Shown here piece by piece: positions 13,493 through 26,632 of a stretch of 64,000 nt of DNA. The notes under the pieces were generated by a model. The model saw nothing but the letters and a program-made list of their open reading frames with translations, did no database searches and had not been told where the DNA came from. The DNA comes from Lama guanicoe. Lineage: Eukaryota. Location: NCBI GenBank assembly GCA_013239625.1, contig MU054323.1, forward strand, positions 2,170,001 to 2,234,000. The letters are read 5' to 3'. Within the stretch, counting starts at the first letter, position 1, and the number at the start of each line of letters is the position of its first letter. The position numbers and the translations under genes are program-made.

Positions 13493-13657
13493 AAAGAGAG
13501 AGAGAGAGAATAGAAGAGAGAGAGATAGAGATGACGAGAGAGAGAGAAGAAGAAGGAAGAGGAGGGAAAGAATGAGGGGGGAAAGAACGAGGGGGAGAAA
13601 GAGGAGGACGCAGGGAAGAGGTGGTGAAAGGGAAAGGGGGGGGGATAGAAAGAGAAA
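13493..13657. repeat. GA-rich polypurine low-complexity tract
   Basis: (GA)n, GAA and GGA runs seen directly. Confidence 0.9.
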
Positions 13658-13898
13658 TAATGCATTAAATGATACTTGGCCAATGTCCAGAACAGCTATC
13701 TGTCACTTTAGCTTTTATCCTATAATCCAAAACTGAGAGGAAATATCATTTGACAGCTGCATCTCAGAAACAGGAAAGGGCTCTAAATCAGTCAGTCCTA
13801 AAGACATGCCTATCCTGAGAGACGTCTTAGACTCTCAGAAAGGGCATATGTCTGTTCATCTTTCAATACACATTTCTCATGTCTGTCTTTCTGTCCAG

Positions 13899-13949
13899 AA
13901 CAGTACTGTCCATACTTGCCTGTTGTGTCTTAACTGTTTTCATTGCTGT
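13899..13949 (+). other. Candidate 51-nt in-frame internal exon
   Basis: Acceptor catgtctgtctttctgtccAG and donor TGT|GTAAGT. Two frames are open (TVLSILACCVLTVFIAV or NSTVHTCLLCLNCFHCC). Protein not recognised. Confidence 0.3.
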
Positions 13950-14699
13950 GTAAGTATTTCACGATTTGGAATATTTCCACTTACAATCATGTCATCTGTA
14001 AGAAATTTGAACAGGCTAAGAGTACACATTATCTTCAGTTGTGATGAGTTGATTCATTACTGGACACTAGTTAGCCAAAGATAGAAGTAATTTTTATGCT
14101 ATTAATCATGTTTCCCACAAACGCCATTGTAGTTCTCGAAAACAGAAAATTATATAAATATTTCATCCGTTAACATCATCTTAATTTTTGAAGAATGTCT
14201 CATGCTTCTTCAAGGAAGGTGTGGCACAACTTAAAAACAATGTAGATCTGTTAGCGGGTATTTTTTTAAAAAAAGGAAGTAGATGCTGCATGTGCAACTC
14301 AAAGGGAAATCATTTGACATTAGTAAGGAGATGGATATAAGATCTGAGTGGTTTGGGATCAGAAAATGATCTACCTAGTTATGTGTCTTGTCTTATTTAA
14401 ATAGTAAGCTAGGAATTAGGGAGACGAGTCTGTGTAGGTTGGAATTGGACCTAGAACGCAGCCAGGTTTTGGGCCTTATACTGATTGCCCTTACATCAGT
14501 CTTGTGCAATTAATGTTGAACAATTTAGTTTTCTTCTGTGAAGTAGGAAAATGAATTGTATGTATTCACCAACCACTTATGGGCTGTCTACATGAGTCAC
14601 AAACTATGTTAGGCATTGAGGATATAAATATAAATAAAATAAATTCACACCTTTTAGGAACACAGTTGATAAATGAAGATAAACAGGGTTCTAAACGTC

Positions 14700-14920
14700 G
14701 TAAAGACAAAGGACAGCCCTGGGGCCCAGTCTAGACTCCTTCTTCTACTAGCTGAGTGATGCTGGACAAAGTACTCAGCCTTTCATAGCCTGTTTCCTCA
14801 GCTAAAATTGGGGTGACAATGGCAAAACTTGAAAACTTCTCTCAGAAAGTTGTCACTAAGTCCAAACAAGAACAGAAAAACAACATCTTATAAATGGTAA
14901 AGTGGCAAACACGTGAGAGT
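14700..14920 (+). mobile_element. MIR SINE (degenerate)
   Basis: ctactagctgagtgatgctggacaaagtactcagcctttcatagcctgtttcctcagctaaaattgggg. Confidence 0.6.
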
Positions 14921-15049
14921 TATTTTAGGAAAGGAATATAGCACAGTGGAATGGGTGTAGGTTTGGAATTGTTAAACTTAGTTCAAATATCAGCTCTTGA
15001 ACTTTAAAAAATTATATGAAGTTAAGTTGTCATGAAGATTCAAGTCATT

Positions 15050-15125
15050 AGTCATTCATTCATTCATTCATTCATCCATTCATCCAACAAAGTTCCTACC
15101 ATATGCCAGGTACTATTCTAGAATT
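15050..15125 (-). mobile_element. L2 3' tail with (TTCA)n
   Basis: tcattcattcattcattcattcatccattcatccaacaaagttcctaccatatgccaggtactattctag. Confidence 0.7.
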
Positions 15126-15127
15126 AT

Positions 15128-15336
15128 GATTGAAAAACTTTCTTAAAAGGGCTGGATAGTATTTTAGGCTTTGTGGGCTAGATGATGTTGGTTGCAGTTA
15201 CTGAACTCAGCTGTGGTAGAGTGAAAACAGCCACAAAGAATTCATAAACAAGTAGGTTTGCTTGTGTTCTGATATAACTTTACAGAACCAGGTGTTGGGC
15301 TGGATTTGGCTTATGGACTGTAATTTGCCTATTCCT
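15128..15336 (+). mobile_element. MER58A-like hAT-Charlie MITE
   Basis: aaactttcttaaaagggctggatagtattttaggctttgtgggc...aaaacagccaca...gggctggatttggcttatggactgtaatttgcc. Confidence 0.75.
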
Positions 15337-15509
15337 CCCAGTTATGGATACTAAACATGGCCCTTGACCTCATGGTGATTTTATTCTAATGGGCAAGATG
15401 GGCAAAACACAAGAAAACAAATTAAAAAAAAAAAGCAAGATAACTGCAGATAGCCTTTCTCTAATCACCCGTGGAAATGACTGCTGTATCTCTCCATGCA
15501 CGACAGTGA

Positions 15510-15752
15510 GGCAGTCAGAGCAGCCGTCCCTGACCACGCTTAGTTGGACTGTCCTTAGTCACCCTCACTGTGCTATTTTTGTGCCTCATAGTCCTTATTA
15601 TCATCTTACATATATTGTATGATTATTTACTGTGTATTTCCACCACTAGAGCATGGGCTTAATGAGAAAGGGAATTTTTTGGCTGACTGACATATCCCCA
15701 TGCTGGAATAGTGCCTGGGGCCTAATAACTATTTGTTGAGTGAATGAATAAG
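15510..15752 (+). mobile_element. L2 3' end
   Basis: ccctgaccac...caccactagagcatgggct...gaatagtgcctgggg...tatttgttgagtgaatgaat. Confidence 0.65.
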
Positions 15753-16024
15753 TGATGAAAGGAGAGGAACACAGATGCAGAACATTTCCACTGGACTTAC
15801 TGAGGCTTTACTGAGAACTGTAACAGTGACCACTGGGTGGCCACAGCTGCCTTCACCATCCACGTAGGCCACACTGCTTGCTGAGCATACCTTGCCAGAG
15901 AACTTTGTATGCTGTCATTCTTTTGAGGGGAGGGCTTCAGGCTGTTTATCTTGGATCTAATTGTCTAAGGGAAACGAACCTTTAAAAGACCTGGTCAGAC
16001 AGTTTTTACCAGGCTGCTTTGCTA

Positions 16025-16480
16025 TTCACATTCATTCACTCATTGATTTATCACACATTTACTGAGCACCTGTTATGTGTCAAGTGCTTAAGAGGCAAAG
16101 ATAAATGCCTTAGGGTCCCTGCTTCCAGGGAGCTGGCCTAGGTCTAGGAGGAGGCAGGGGAAGAGAAAGTCACAATCCATCCCCATTCAAGCTCTGACAC
16201 AGGGACAGGAGGTTATCGAGATGCAGTAGGAGCATCTCATATAGCTTGTAGGGAGCAGTGTGAGAGAACAGGCTTCTCAAACAAGATGGCAGAGAAACAA
16301 AACTTTGAAGAAAATCAGGGGTTGTCCAGATGGACGTAGTGGGAGTCTTTCCAGGAAGAGGAAGCAGTGTGTAACAACTTGGGAAGCTGAGAGAACTTGA
16401 CACAACTGAAGCTCAAGTGGATTATTTTGAGTGGAGAGTGAGGTACTATATGGAAAGGGGAATAAATTAGGCTAGAGAAA
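16025..16480 (-). mobile_element. L2 3' fragment
   Basis: attcattcactcattgatttatcacacatttactgagcacctgttatgtgtcaag...ttccaggaagaggaagcagtgtgt. Confidence 0.65.
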
Positions 16481-16846
16481 GAGTGCTTAATGATTCAAAA
16501 AAAATGTAAGCTTATTTTAAAAAACAAATTTCAGAAATGCCTATCTCTAGACCTCTGGGTGGATTTTCAAGGAAACTATAACTTTTGGTGACAGGAGCTT
16601 ATCATTATTTTTTTGTGATTCAGGAATCAAAATATACAAAACTTTCAAGTGCAGTCATTTATTCATTTTACATTCATCCTACTAATTTTGATTTGAACAC
16701 CTGCTATGTCCTAGGTACTATGTAAGTTTCTAGCAATACAGAGTTAAAATCAATCTTTGGTATTAGGAGCACATACTTAAATATTATCCATGCCAGTCAA
16801 TTCATATCTAGGAAACTAGGAATGCAATTAAGATATAGATACATGA

Positions 16847-17018
16847 CAGGCTGGCTTCATGGTCATGTGAGCTGTGTGGTCCCACAAAATGCTGAGCCCA
16901 GTAGGGCCCACACTTAGTTTAATGCTCTGCTGTAGCTGTCTTGAAATTCTTACTAATTTTTGAACGTCCTTCATTTTCCGTTTGCAAAGGGCCCTGCAAA
17001 GTATGTAACTTATCCTTA
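16847..17018 (+). mobile_element. MER45A-like hAT-Tip100 MITE
   Basis: caggctggcttcatggtcatgtg...gggccccacacttagtttaatgctctgctgtagctgtcttgaaattctta...gggccctgcaaagtatgta. Confidence 0.7.
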
Positions 17019-17051
17019 TAGCTGGAGCAGAATTGGGAAGTTGACCTGGAG

Positions 17052-17385
17052 CAAGGTTATGAAACAACATCCCATGGACCCAGTCCAGTCTACATTCTAT
17101 TTTTGTATGATCTATGAGCTATGAATACTTTTTACATTTTTAAATATTTTAAAAAATCCAAAGAAGAACAGTATTTCATAACATGAAAATTACATGAAAT
17201 ACAAATTTCAGTATCTATACAAATATTTTATTGGTACACAGCCATACTTTTTTGTTTTCATGATGTCAGTGGCTGCTTTCCTGTTATTATTGGAATACCT
17301 AACTGCAGTAGAAACCGTATGACCTATAAAACCTAAAAAATTTACCACCCGAACAGTTCTAAAAAACGTGTGCTGACTCTTGATC
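17052..17385. mobile_element. MER58B-like hAT-Charlie element
   Basis: catgaaaattacatgaaatacaaatttcagt...ttattggtacacagccatac...gtggctgctttc...aaaacctaaaaaatttacca. Confidence 0.75.
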
Positions 17386-18039
17386 TAGAGGATATTCTAC
17401 TGTTTTAATTATTAGATCCCTTACTTTCATTCACTTTCTATTTGCTGTCAGAGTTGTAACTTTATTTTCAATTGCTTTCTGGCTGTAAACAGAATAAGAT
17501 TTGAACTCACTCTTGTATCCCCAAATCTAAGGTGGTATCTGATGCACACGAGTCACTCCAAAATACTTAACAGAAGTCTGGTGTTATGGGAATTGTTACA
17601 TGTATCTTCTCTTCCCCGTGATGTGTCATGCTCTCAATGTGGTGATTGTACCAGAGAGAACCCTATTCCCAAAGACATCTTGTAGAGTGTTTTGCACTTA
17701 GAATATGCTCATGATTAGCAATTGTTTGTGACAATGAATGGGGGCCCGGTAGTGACAAATTAGCACAGGGTTGCTCCTGGCTGCTGAACTCCTTGAGAAG
17801 GAGAATGTTTGTGAGTGGATGAATTCTTAAAGTATGTTTGGGAGCTTCAAGACCAAAGACTAAAGATAAAGAAGCAATAGTTAATCTTAAGGCTCAAACA
17901 AACAAAGCAAAGAAAAACAAAATGCAAAGCATATGACACGTCTTCTTGTGATAACTAGATAACTGATGCATCAAGGATGTTGATACATGGGAAGGAGCAG
18001 TGTCTTGTTTATGTGCCTGTAGCTTCCACGTTTATATAT

Positions 18040-18430
18040 TTCAGACCTGACTTCTTATATATCCAACTGTTATTTGACATCTCCACTGGATGCTGAATAG
18101 ACAGTTCAAACTGAACAAATCTAAAAATGAACTCTTTGATTTTTCCCTCCAAATCTACTTCTTCGCCAATCTTTCCTGTGTCAATAATACTATCCTAGCA
18201 GCTACTCATGGTGAAAACCAGGAGTCATTCTTGATTTTTAACTTTTTCTCACCATTCTCTTTCCCCATCTAACTCGTAACCAAGTCCCTTCACTCTACTT
18301 CTGAATTATTTCCAGGATCTCCTCTTCTCTCCATCTTGCATACTGCTTCCTGGACCCTGGACCTCCCTTAAATCTCTTCTAAACCACTGTTATGGCCTCT
18401 TGTGGGCTTCCTGCTTTCACTTATATCCCC
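18040..18430 (+). mobile_element. L2 internal fragment
   Basis: tatatccaactgttatttgacatctccactggatg...caaactgaacaaatctaaaaatgaactc...ggagtcattcttgat. Confidence 0.7.
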
Positions 18431-18444
18431 ACATATGCACCTTA

Positions 18445-18962
18445 TGACAAAAATATTATGAAATATTTTGAACATACAAAAATTGTGGAGAATAATGTAA
18501 TCATCACACAGTTTTAGAAATAAACAATGCAAAACAGTGAAATCTCTGGAATGTTCTAGCCATTACCTCTTTCTCCTCCATCCTCAAAGATAACCACTAT
18601 TTTCAATTCAGGGAGTGCCAGGTCCATGAATGTGTGTATGTTTTTGCAATATATATTGCTAAACAACATATAGAATTTTTCTTGCACACTGTTAACTATA
18701 TAAATTGTATTGCACTGTTTGAATCAAGTAGTTTTTTTTTTCCCTCTCAGACTTTTATTTGAGATTTACCTATTTGGCTGTGGTTTTTAAGTTTCATTGC
18801 TATATAGTATTCCACTATATGGCCCTATTACAATTTTATTTATTCCTTTCCTCACTGATGAACATTGAAATGGCTTTCAGATTTTTACTGTATACAAAAA
18901 AAATGTTATAATTAACCTTTTTGGACATCTCTTTGTGCACACGTACAAGAATTTCTCTAGGG
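18445..18962 (-). mobile_element. L1ME-type 3' fragment
   Basis: tgctatatagtattccactatatgg...ctgatgaacattgaaatggctttcagattttt...tttctctagggc. Confidence 0.6.
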
Positions 18963-19893
18963 CAGTGATTTTCAAACATTTTAAAAATGTCTTAAGGAGA
19001 GTTATGATAAATATATTTAGAGATCTAGAGGAAAAAGTGAACAACACACATGATCATACGGAGGACTGAAGCAGAGAAATGTAAATTGTAAAAAGAGTCA
19101 AATGGAAATACTAGACATAATGTATCAGAAGTGAATAATTTATTCACTGCATTTAACAATAGAGTAAGTCTAGTAGAATAAAAAGAATAGTAAACTTGAA
19201 GGTAGGTCAATAGAAATTATCCAAACTAAAACCAAGATAAAAATGATTGAAGGAAGAAATGGATTGTGGCATATAGAATAGGTTGGCGAATATCAAGTGA
19301 TCTAAAATAGCTGTGACTGGAGTACCAGAAGAGGAAAGTGGGATGGGAAAGGGAAATTGTTGGCAATGTAACAGTCAAGGATTATCTAAATTTGATGAAA
19401 GATATCAACCCACATATCCAAGATCCTTCAATACCAGACAGAATAAAAACAAAGCCATACCTAGGCATATCATAGACAAACTGTTGAAAACCTAAGATAA
19501 AGACAAAAATTTTCAAAGTAGTTATGGTGGGGAGGGAGGCACTAAATATATGAGAACAAAAATAGAAATGACAGCTGGCTTCTCATCAGAAACAATGTAG
19601 GCTGAACACAATGGAACATCCTTAACGCTGAAAGGAAAAAAAGGGGGAGGAGGGTATATTTATAATCTCATATCTAGCAAATATATCCTTCAAAAATGAA
19701 GGCAACTTAGGGACATTTTGAGATAGACAAATACTAATTGGTTTCCTGCAGACCTGCAGTATAAGAAAATGCTAAAGGAAATTCTTCAGACTGAAACAAA
19801 ATGATTGCTGAAGAGCACCTGGATCTGTAGGAGGAAATATAGATGTAAATATAAAAAGACTTAAAAAATCATCCCTGAGTGTGTTTGTGTACA

Positions 19894-19894
<1 letters not shown>

Positions 19895-19937
<43 letters not shown>
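19895..19937. repeat. (CA)n microsatellite
   Basis: About 20 CA units seen directly. Confidence 0.95.
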
Positions 19938-19940
<3 letters not shown>

Positions 19941-19977
19941 GAGCCAACTGTGTTCACTTTAAATATAAAGACATAGA

Positions 19978-20343
19978 TGCTTTCTTAGTCTATTTGGGCT
20001 ACTATAACAAAATACCACAAAGTGGCTTATTAACAACAGAACTTTATTTCTCACAGTTCTGGAGGTTGGGAAGTCCAAGATCAAGGCAGTGATGGATTCA
20101 TTGCCTTGCAAGAGCTAACTTTCTGGTTCCTAAATGGTATTTCTTTTCACTGTGTCTTCACATAGCAGAATAATCAAGGGATCTCTCTGAGACCTCTTTC
20201 ATAAGGGTGCTAATTCTACTCTTGATAGCTTCATCTTTATGACCTAACTACCTCTGAAAAGCCCCACCTCCCAATATCATCACATTGGGTGTTAGAATTT
20301 AACATGTGAATTCTGGGAATACACAAGGATTCAATCTAGAGCA
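19978..20343 (-). mobile_element. MLT1A-like LTR nested in old L1
   Basis: cttagtctatttgggctactataacaaaataccaca...tctcacagttctggaggttgggaagtccaagatcaagg...tcacattgggtgttagaatttaacatgtgaatt. Confidence 0.85.
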
Positions 20344-20872
20344 GATAAGTTGAAAGGAATAGGAACATGCAAACAATAAAGATAGCTGGTGAAACTGTAC
20401 TAATCATAAGAAAATGGCCCCAAGAGTGGAGTGTTAGAGTTAAAGAGAAATTTTATTCTCTCTGTATGATTAAAGGATTAATGCATCAGGAAGGTGATGC
20501 AGTTGTAAAGGAGTATGGCTTAATAATAGAGCTTTAAAATACATGAAAGTTGACCCAACTTATTAGAATTGGAGATTTTGAAGATCCTCTCTCAGATATT
20601 GTCACCACAAAATGAAGTAAAAATCAGAATGTGGAGGATTTGAACAATTTTAGTGACCAACTTGACCATAGTTGGCATTTATAGAATTCTGTGACCAACT
20701 TATAAAATATATTATTCTAAAGTTCACATGAAACGTTCACCATCTGCAGGGTCATAAAACAAATTCCAGTACATTTCAAGGAACCGGATTCATACAGAAT
20801 ATGTTTCTGGACCCAAAAGTAATAAATTATAGTCAATAACATAAGATGTCTAGAAAATCCCGAAAACAACAA

Positions 20873-20950
20873 AAAGAGAAAGAGAAAGAAAAGAGAAGGA
20901 GGGAGGAAGAGAAGGAGGGAAGAAAGAGAGAAGAAACGGAATGGAAAGTT
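20873..20950. repeat. GA-rich low-complexity tract
   Basis: Polypurine run seen directly. Confidence 0.85.
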
Positions 20951-22394
20951 GAAGGACTTACCCTACCTGATTGCACTATGAAGCTATAGTCATCAAGAAA
21001 GTGTGTGATATCACCATAAGTGCAGTAAATACATCAATAAAACAGAGTAAACAAAACAGAAATACACACATACATAAATAATTGATTGATTTTGACAAGT
21101 TAATCCAAGGAGGGAGAGCTAAGTATTTCAACAAGTGGTCCTGGGAAAACTGAATATCCATATGGAAAAAAATGTAGCTCAACCCTTTTCTCACACTGTA
21201 GCATGACAAAAACTTGAGACAAATCATAATTATACAGGAAAATTTAGAGATGTACAGCTTCCCAATTAAAGCATAAGAGGATACCTATGCAACCTTAGGG
21301 TAGCCAACAATTTTTAGGACATAAAAAGCTTGAAACATAAAGAAAATGACAATAAGTTGCATTTCATCAAAATTAAAGTTTTCTGTGCATAAAAAAGATA
21401 TAACAAAACAAACAGACAAGGACAAACTGGAAGAACATATTTGTAGCACATATATTTGACTCAGAACTTGTATCCAAAATATAGAAAGAATTCTTACAAA
21501 TAATTAAAAGATAGCCCAATAAAAAAAGGGGAACAAACATTTGAAAAAAGAAGATGCACTCAAAGCCTGAAAACATCAAATGTTGATATGAATGTGAAGA
21601 CTCAGAACTCTCATACATTGTTGGTGGGATTATGAATTGACCCTACCACTGAAACAGGCAATTTCTTATAAACCTAAACACGTATTTATCCTATGAATCA
21701 ATGTTCCTTTTTTTGGTATTTAATCAAGAGAAATGAAAATGTATCACCACACAAGGCATGTACAAAAAGCTTTATAGCAATCTTAATCATGGGATCCTCA
21801 AACTGGAAGCATCCTAAGTGTCCACCAACAGGTGAATGGATAAACAAATGTGGGCCCTTCACACAGTGGAATACCACTGAGCCCATAAAAAGGAGCACTA
21901 CTGTTACACACAACAGCCATGTATGAACCTAAACCAACATAATGTATGGAGCAAATTCGGCACATATGGAAACATGACTATGATTCTATTTACCAGAGGC
22001 AACAACTTAAGATTTGTATCACCATAGATCTGCTAGTTTTAAGACCTGATGTAATGAATCGTGTTTGACTTTAACTTACCCATTCCTTTAATAAAATGTA
22101 TAGAGTATCTGTGATGTTTCCAGCCCTATGCTAGTCTTTGAGAATGCTGATTAAAAATATAGTAAAATATTGTCATTACTCCTAAGTGGTTTACAGCCTC
22201 GGCAGATAAACTGATATTTAAACAAATAATTGTAGCAATATGCTCTTGATTAATGTGGGGTGATATATAATACTGTGTGAGTGCTGAGGAAAATACCTGT
22301 GGAATCAGGGAGAGTTTTTTCCCTGTGTAGTACTGAGGGTGTTCTTTTGCATTTGGAGATCAGCAAGTTATTCCCTAGGGGTTGATGTCATTGG

Positions 22395-22605
22395 TTCTTG
22401 CACAATCTGCTTGAGTACAAATCTTGGTATGTGTGCTTGAGCAAATTACTCTCTCTGTGTTTCAGTTCTCTTATTTGCAAAATGTGGGTAATAAATATAC
22501 CTACCTACCTACCTCATAGGATTGTTGTGAGGATGAAATGTGAGGCAACCTATTTGCACAATGTCTTGCACACAATAAATGCTAGCTTTATCATTATTTT
22601 TATTA
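22395..22605 (+). mobile_element. MIR SINE
   Basis: ttgagcaaattactctctctgtgtttcagttctcttatttgcaaaatg...cctacctcataggattgttgtgaggatgaaatg. Confidence 0.75.
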
Positions 22606-25600
22606 CAGTTATTATTATGGTCCTCAGGAAACCAGCCATCTCTAGAACTCGGGTATGGACCTTTTCGAAGATACTAGAATACAAACTTGCTGTTCCAGTT
22701 CTGCATTCCTGTCTATGCTTGTGGCTTAAAGATTTGTGATCAGGGCACATGAAGTGAAAAGAGATATGGACCTCTCTTTGGATTGTCTAGGAGACCATCC
22801 AGTTTAAAGATATGAAAAGTTAGAAAGTAAAAACCCAAGATTGCCTAGAATTTGTTGCTGAAAGTACCAGAGAGACTTCTTGATTCCTAGGAGCTGAAGA
22901 GAAGAAAGAAATATTTATTCTTCTCAACCTAATAGCGGGAGAACTGTCATGCTACAATTCAGATTTCTCAACTAGATGAGAAAAACAGATTCTAAAGCTT
23001 TCCAATGCCTTGAATGTTTAGTGAAAGATGTGAATCTGATGGAGTCCCCTGGTCCCAGTTTGTAGCCTCATTATGCTTTCTCCTGGAATTTTCCAAATTC
23101 CTCTTGCACTCACAGAGGTTGGTGAATATAGTCCTGGTGCATCACAGCCAACTCCACCATATGTTCCCTTCTGGGAATTTTCACCAACTCCTGAATAAAT
23201 GGTACAACTCTTCAGTTGTAATTTCACAACCACTCATGTCATCTCCCCTCACCCCACCACTCTCATGTCTTAAAAGTTGCATTTCTTTACTCTTCAATCA
23301 ATTCCCAAATTTAGAATTACTGTATATATTTTTGCTTTATGTCTCCCACATTTACAAATGTATTTCATTCCAGGGATGGAACAATCTGACATAACTAACC
23401 TATCTTGCCTGGAGAGAGAAGACTCTTGGTAGTAATCTCCCTCTGGGCTATCCTAGTATTTCTAGTTTCTTCTTGATTTAGAGTCTGTCACTGTACATGT
23501 GGACCCATTGTTCTCAGAGAGAAATCTGATATTCTCAAGCAGCCCCAAACACCTTCACTGGCTGCCTTCCTCCCCATTTCTCTTTCCCTGTTCTCACCCC
23601 ACAGCCTCCAAGGACTAACTCCACACATTTCCCCCACACTTCTTGGCCTATCACTTGCTCTACTCCTCCATCCTGGCCTCCCCTTGTCCCCCTCCTGGTG
23701 ACCTCAGACTGTAAAATGCTACAGTATCTCTGGCTTGGGTCCCTTATCTGGCCCCAGATTCTTTTCTTCTCCCTCTAAGACACTGAGGAAGAAGGAATGT
23801 TCATTTATAATGTTTTACTTCTCTGTCTTTTTCCTCCAGCCTCCTTTAGATGACATTTTTGCTCAGGCTGCCATAAAATTGAGCTGTCCTTTTCTCACTT
23901 GCCCTAGGAGATGTGGCATTTCCCCAGAAGTACTTGGGATCTGATCCTGAGGTGGTTGTATATGATGAGAAATAGTTTAAACAAAGTTGGCGATGGGCTG
24001 TATATCAAAACAGAGAAGTGGGAGGCACTGGCTGCTTTGAAGACAGTATCCTCCTTCCAAAATGGAATTTCTGGCACGATCTTTACGTCTTGAGTTTCCT
24101 TTTCTCTTTTATTCCCAGGGCTGTAGGAAGGAGTGATTTCAAATTACTTGGGCTTCTTACCACCACTTCAGTGTCCTGCCATGCTTTGCAACATGCTGTA
24201 AGTGAAACCTAAATATCACCCAAGGGGCTTCAGAATCAGGAAGGTGTGATTCGTCTGAACCAGATGTGAAATCATGTTAATAGTTGTGTCTTCCACTGGA
24301 TGTGCTTATATATAATTCCAGAGCACTTTCACACATATTTTGATTTGAATTTGAAAACAGGTTTATCTACTTTCTGTCCAGGTGCTAGTCTCTGACTGAG
24401 TGGCTAAAGTATGGTCAAGGGAAGAGCCACCTCCTCCTATTAAAGTAAAAACTTGAAACCAACAGGCATAGAAGAAGACCTGAGTATATAATACTTTCTG
24501 GAATACAGTGATACTAGTACCTGCTGGAAAAATGTTATATAGAGTTAAAGGTTAAATGATAAAGATAGCTTTGCATATAGTTGACACTCAATAAATGGTA
24601 GAATTATTGTTGTAAGAAGACTTCTGCATGTTTCCTCATTGAGTTCTCATAACCACACCTTGAGGATCATTGTTGTGTCATGACAGGAGGTTGGGTTCAG
24701 AGTCTTAGATGGTAGATGCCCGCGTTGTGTATCCAGGAGATGCTGAAGTTGGGTGTCAGATCTAGGTCGCCTAATTTGTCCTTTTCATTAGACCACACTG
24801 ATTCAGAGAGTTCATTTTTGCTTTATTTAGCTTACAGGTATTTACTGAGCACCAACTGTGTGCCAAGTACTGGACTGATTACTGGGGACACAGACCTATG
24901 TAGACCTAGAACCTTCCCTCTGTGCTTTCTTCAGAATGTTTCAGGGCCATTTCTGATGTGGAAATATGTATGCTTGCAATATTTTGAAATCTGAATTTTT
25001 GTGAGATGTATAACTTATGTTTCTTCTTTTTTATAAGCCAAGTACTTTATAGGACACTAAAAATATTTTATGAACAGTTTATGAAACCAAATATAAATGT
25101 GATCATTCATTTTACAATAGAGTTCACATATAGGTTGCAAGGAATTAGGAAACTGTTGACAGTTTGACGGTTAGGAAGTGGGTATGTGCAAAATATATAG
25201 ATGATACATATATGTATAAATGTATATAAATATACACATGTACGTGAATGTATTTCAAAGCTAACATGGTTAGTAATGAATTTTTTCTGAGTATTTTGCT
25301 TTGTTTGTGGATAAATAAATTTTGTTTATTCTTGTAAGTGATGCTCCCCAAACAGGATTCTATTCCAGCAACCTTTGGTTGATTGCAGTGATGGGACCCT
25401 AAAACCAGACTTGGACAACTGGTGTGTCTACTGTCATCACTTGTCACAAAGACCTTGGAGTAGAACATACCCCTAGGGGAGGCTAATAGGGAGAGAGATT
25501 TTTTTGTAATGGAGTCACCCAGATGTTTGAACAGCTGTATTAGCAGAGATGTTTGGACAATTTTATGCAATAATATTTTGTGATAAAGCTTTGGTATGTG

Positions 25601-26124
25601 AAATGACCATTGTTTCTCCAGGTTTTTTTACTCAGAAACAGAATACAAATTCAAGGGGGCTCACAATTTAATTGAGAAAATAAAATATATCCTCTTGAAA
25701 TGTTATGGTAAAACATTAAATGTCTTTTTGCTTATCCCAGACATTCATTTGAAGCAAGGCATTCTGCTGGAGAAGAAACCCATAAGGGCTTCTTTAAATA
25801 GGATACACTTTGATTGTGATCCAAGGAAGAACTGATAGTGAGAGATTAAAACATTTCCAGGGTAATTTACAGCTTCCTGCGTTTTTTAAGGGTACTTCAT
25901 TTTATGCCTAATGGTCAGGGATAATTTATCTATGCCATGGCAGAAAGAAGCATGGCCAGAGGTTTTCTCTGCAGCTCAGAGTCTTGGTTGATTTAAGAGA
26001 GGAGATGCTATCTCATGCTGTACCAAATGGAGCCAAGACCTGTAGACATTATACAGCAGCCAAGTCTGTCCTACACATGTTGACAAGTTTTACAGGCAAT
26101 ATATTTCTGAGCTCTTGATTAAGA

Positions 26125-26220
26125 TGATAATAATAATAATAGCAATAATAGTAATAATTACAATAACAATAATAATAAGGATGGAACGGGAAGAAGAGGA
26201 GGAGAAGGATGAAGTAGAAT
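26125..26220. repeat. (TAA)n imperfect repeat followed by a GA-rich tract
   Basis: Seen directly. Confidence 0.85.
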
Positions 26221-26546
26221 TGCTCCTGCACTGGAAATGCTAAGATTAGCATCAGCAATTAACAGTACTCAGACTTCTGTAATTCTAGTGTGTACGTTAA
26301 CTAGGTTAAACTCAGCAAGTCTTTTTTTGAAAATGTACCACATGCTGTACACTGAAAGATTAGAAAGATGAATGAAATTCACCCCTACATGGTTTGGTTG
26401 GGAAATTCCCCTGTGGGAATTGTTACCACCAAAAACAAAACAAAGTTACATCAAATGTGTCATAGGAGCATGAAGAAAAATACTGTAGGAACAAAACATA
26501 GATATTAGATTTAGAGATTGGGAAGCCATACGGAAGAAGCTATACA

Positions 26547-26569
26547 TATGTGTGTGTGTGTGTGTGTGT

Positions 26570-26606
<37 letters not shown>

Positions 26607-26632
26607 TTATATACACACACACACACACACAC
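26547..26632. repeat. Compound (TG)n-(TA)n-(CA)n palindromic microsatellite
   Basis: Seen directly. Confidence 0.95.

Larger units (their letters stand above)
18985..21995 (+). mobile_element. Old fragmented L1 (ORF1, ORF2 and 3' remnants) interrupted by (CA)n, an MLT1A and a GA tract
   Basis: ORF1-like gtcaatagaaattatccaaact, GVPEEE and PRHII; aatatatccttcaaaaatgaagg; ORF2-like ggacttaccctacctgatt and aacaagtggtcctgggaaaactgaatatccatatgg; 3' end aaactggaagcatcctaagtgtccaccaacaggtgaatggataaacaaatgtgg. Many stops. Confidence 0.8.
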
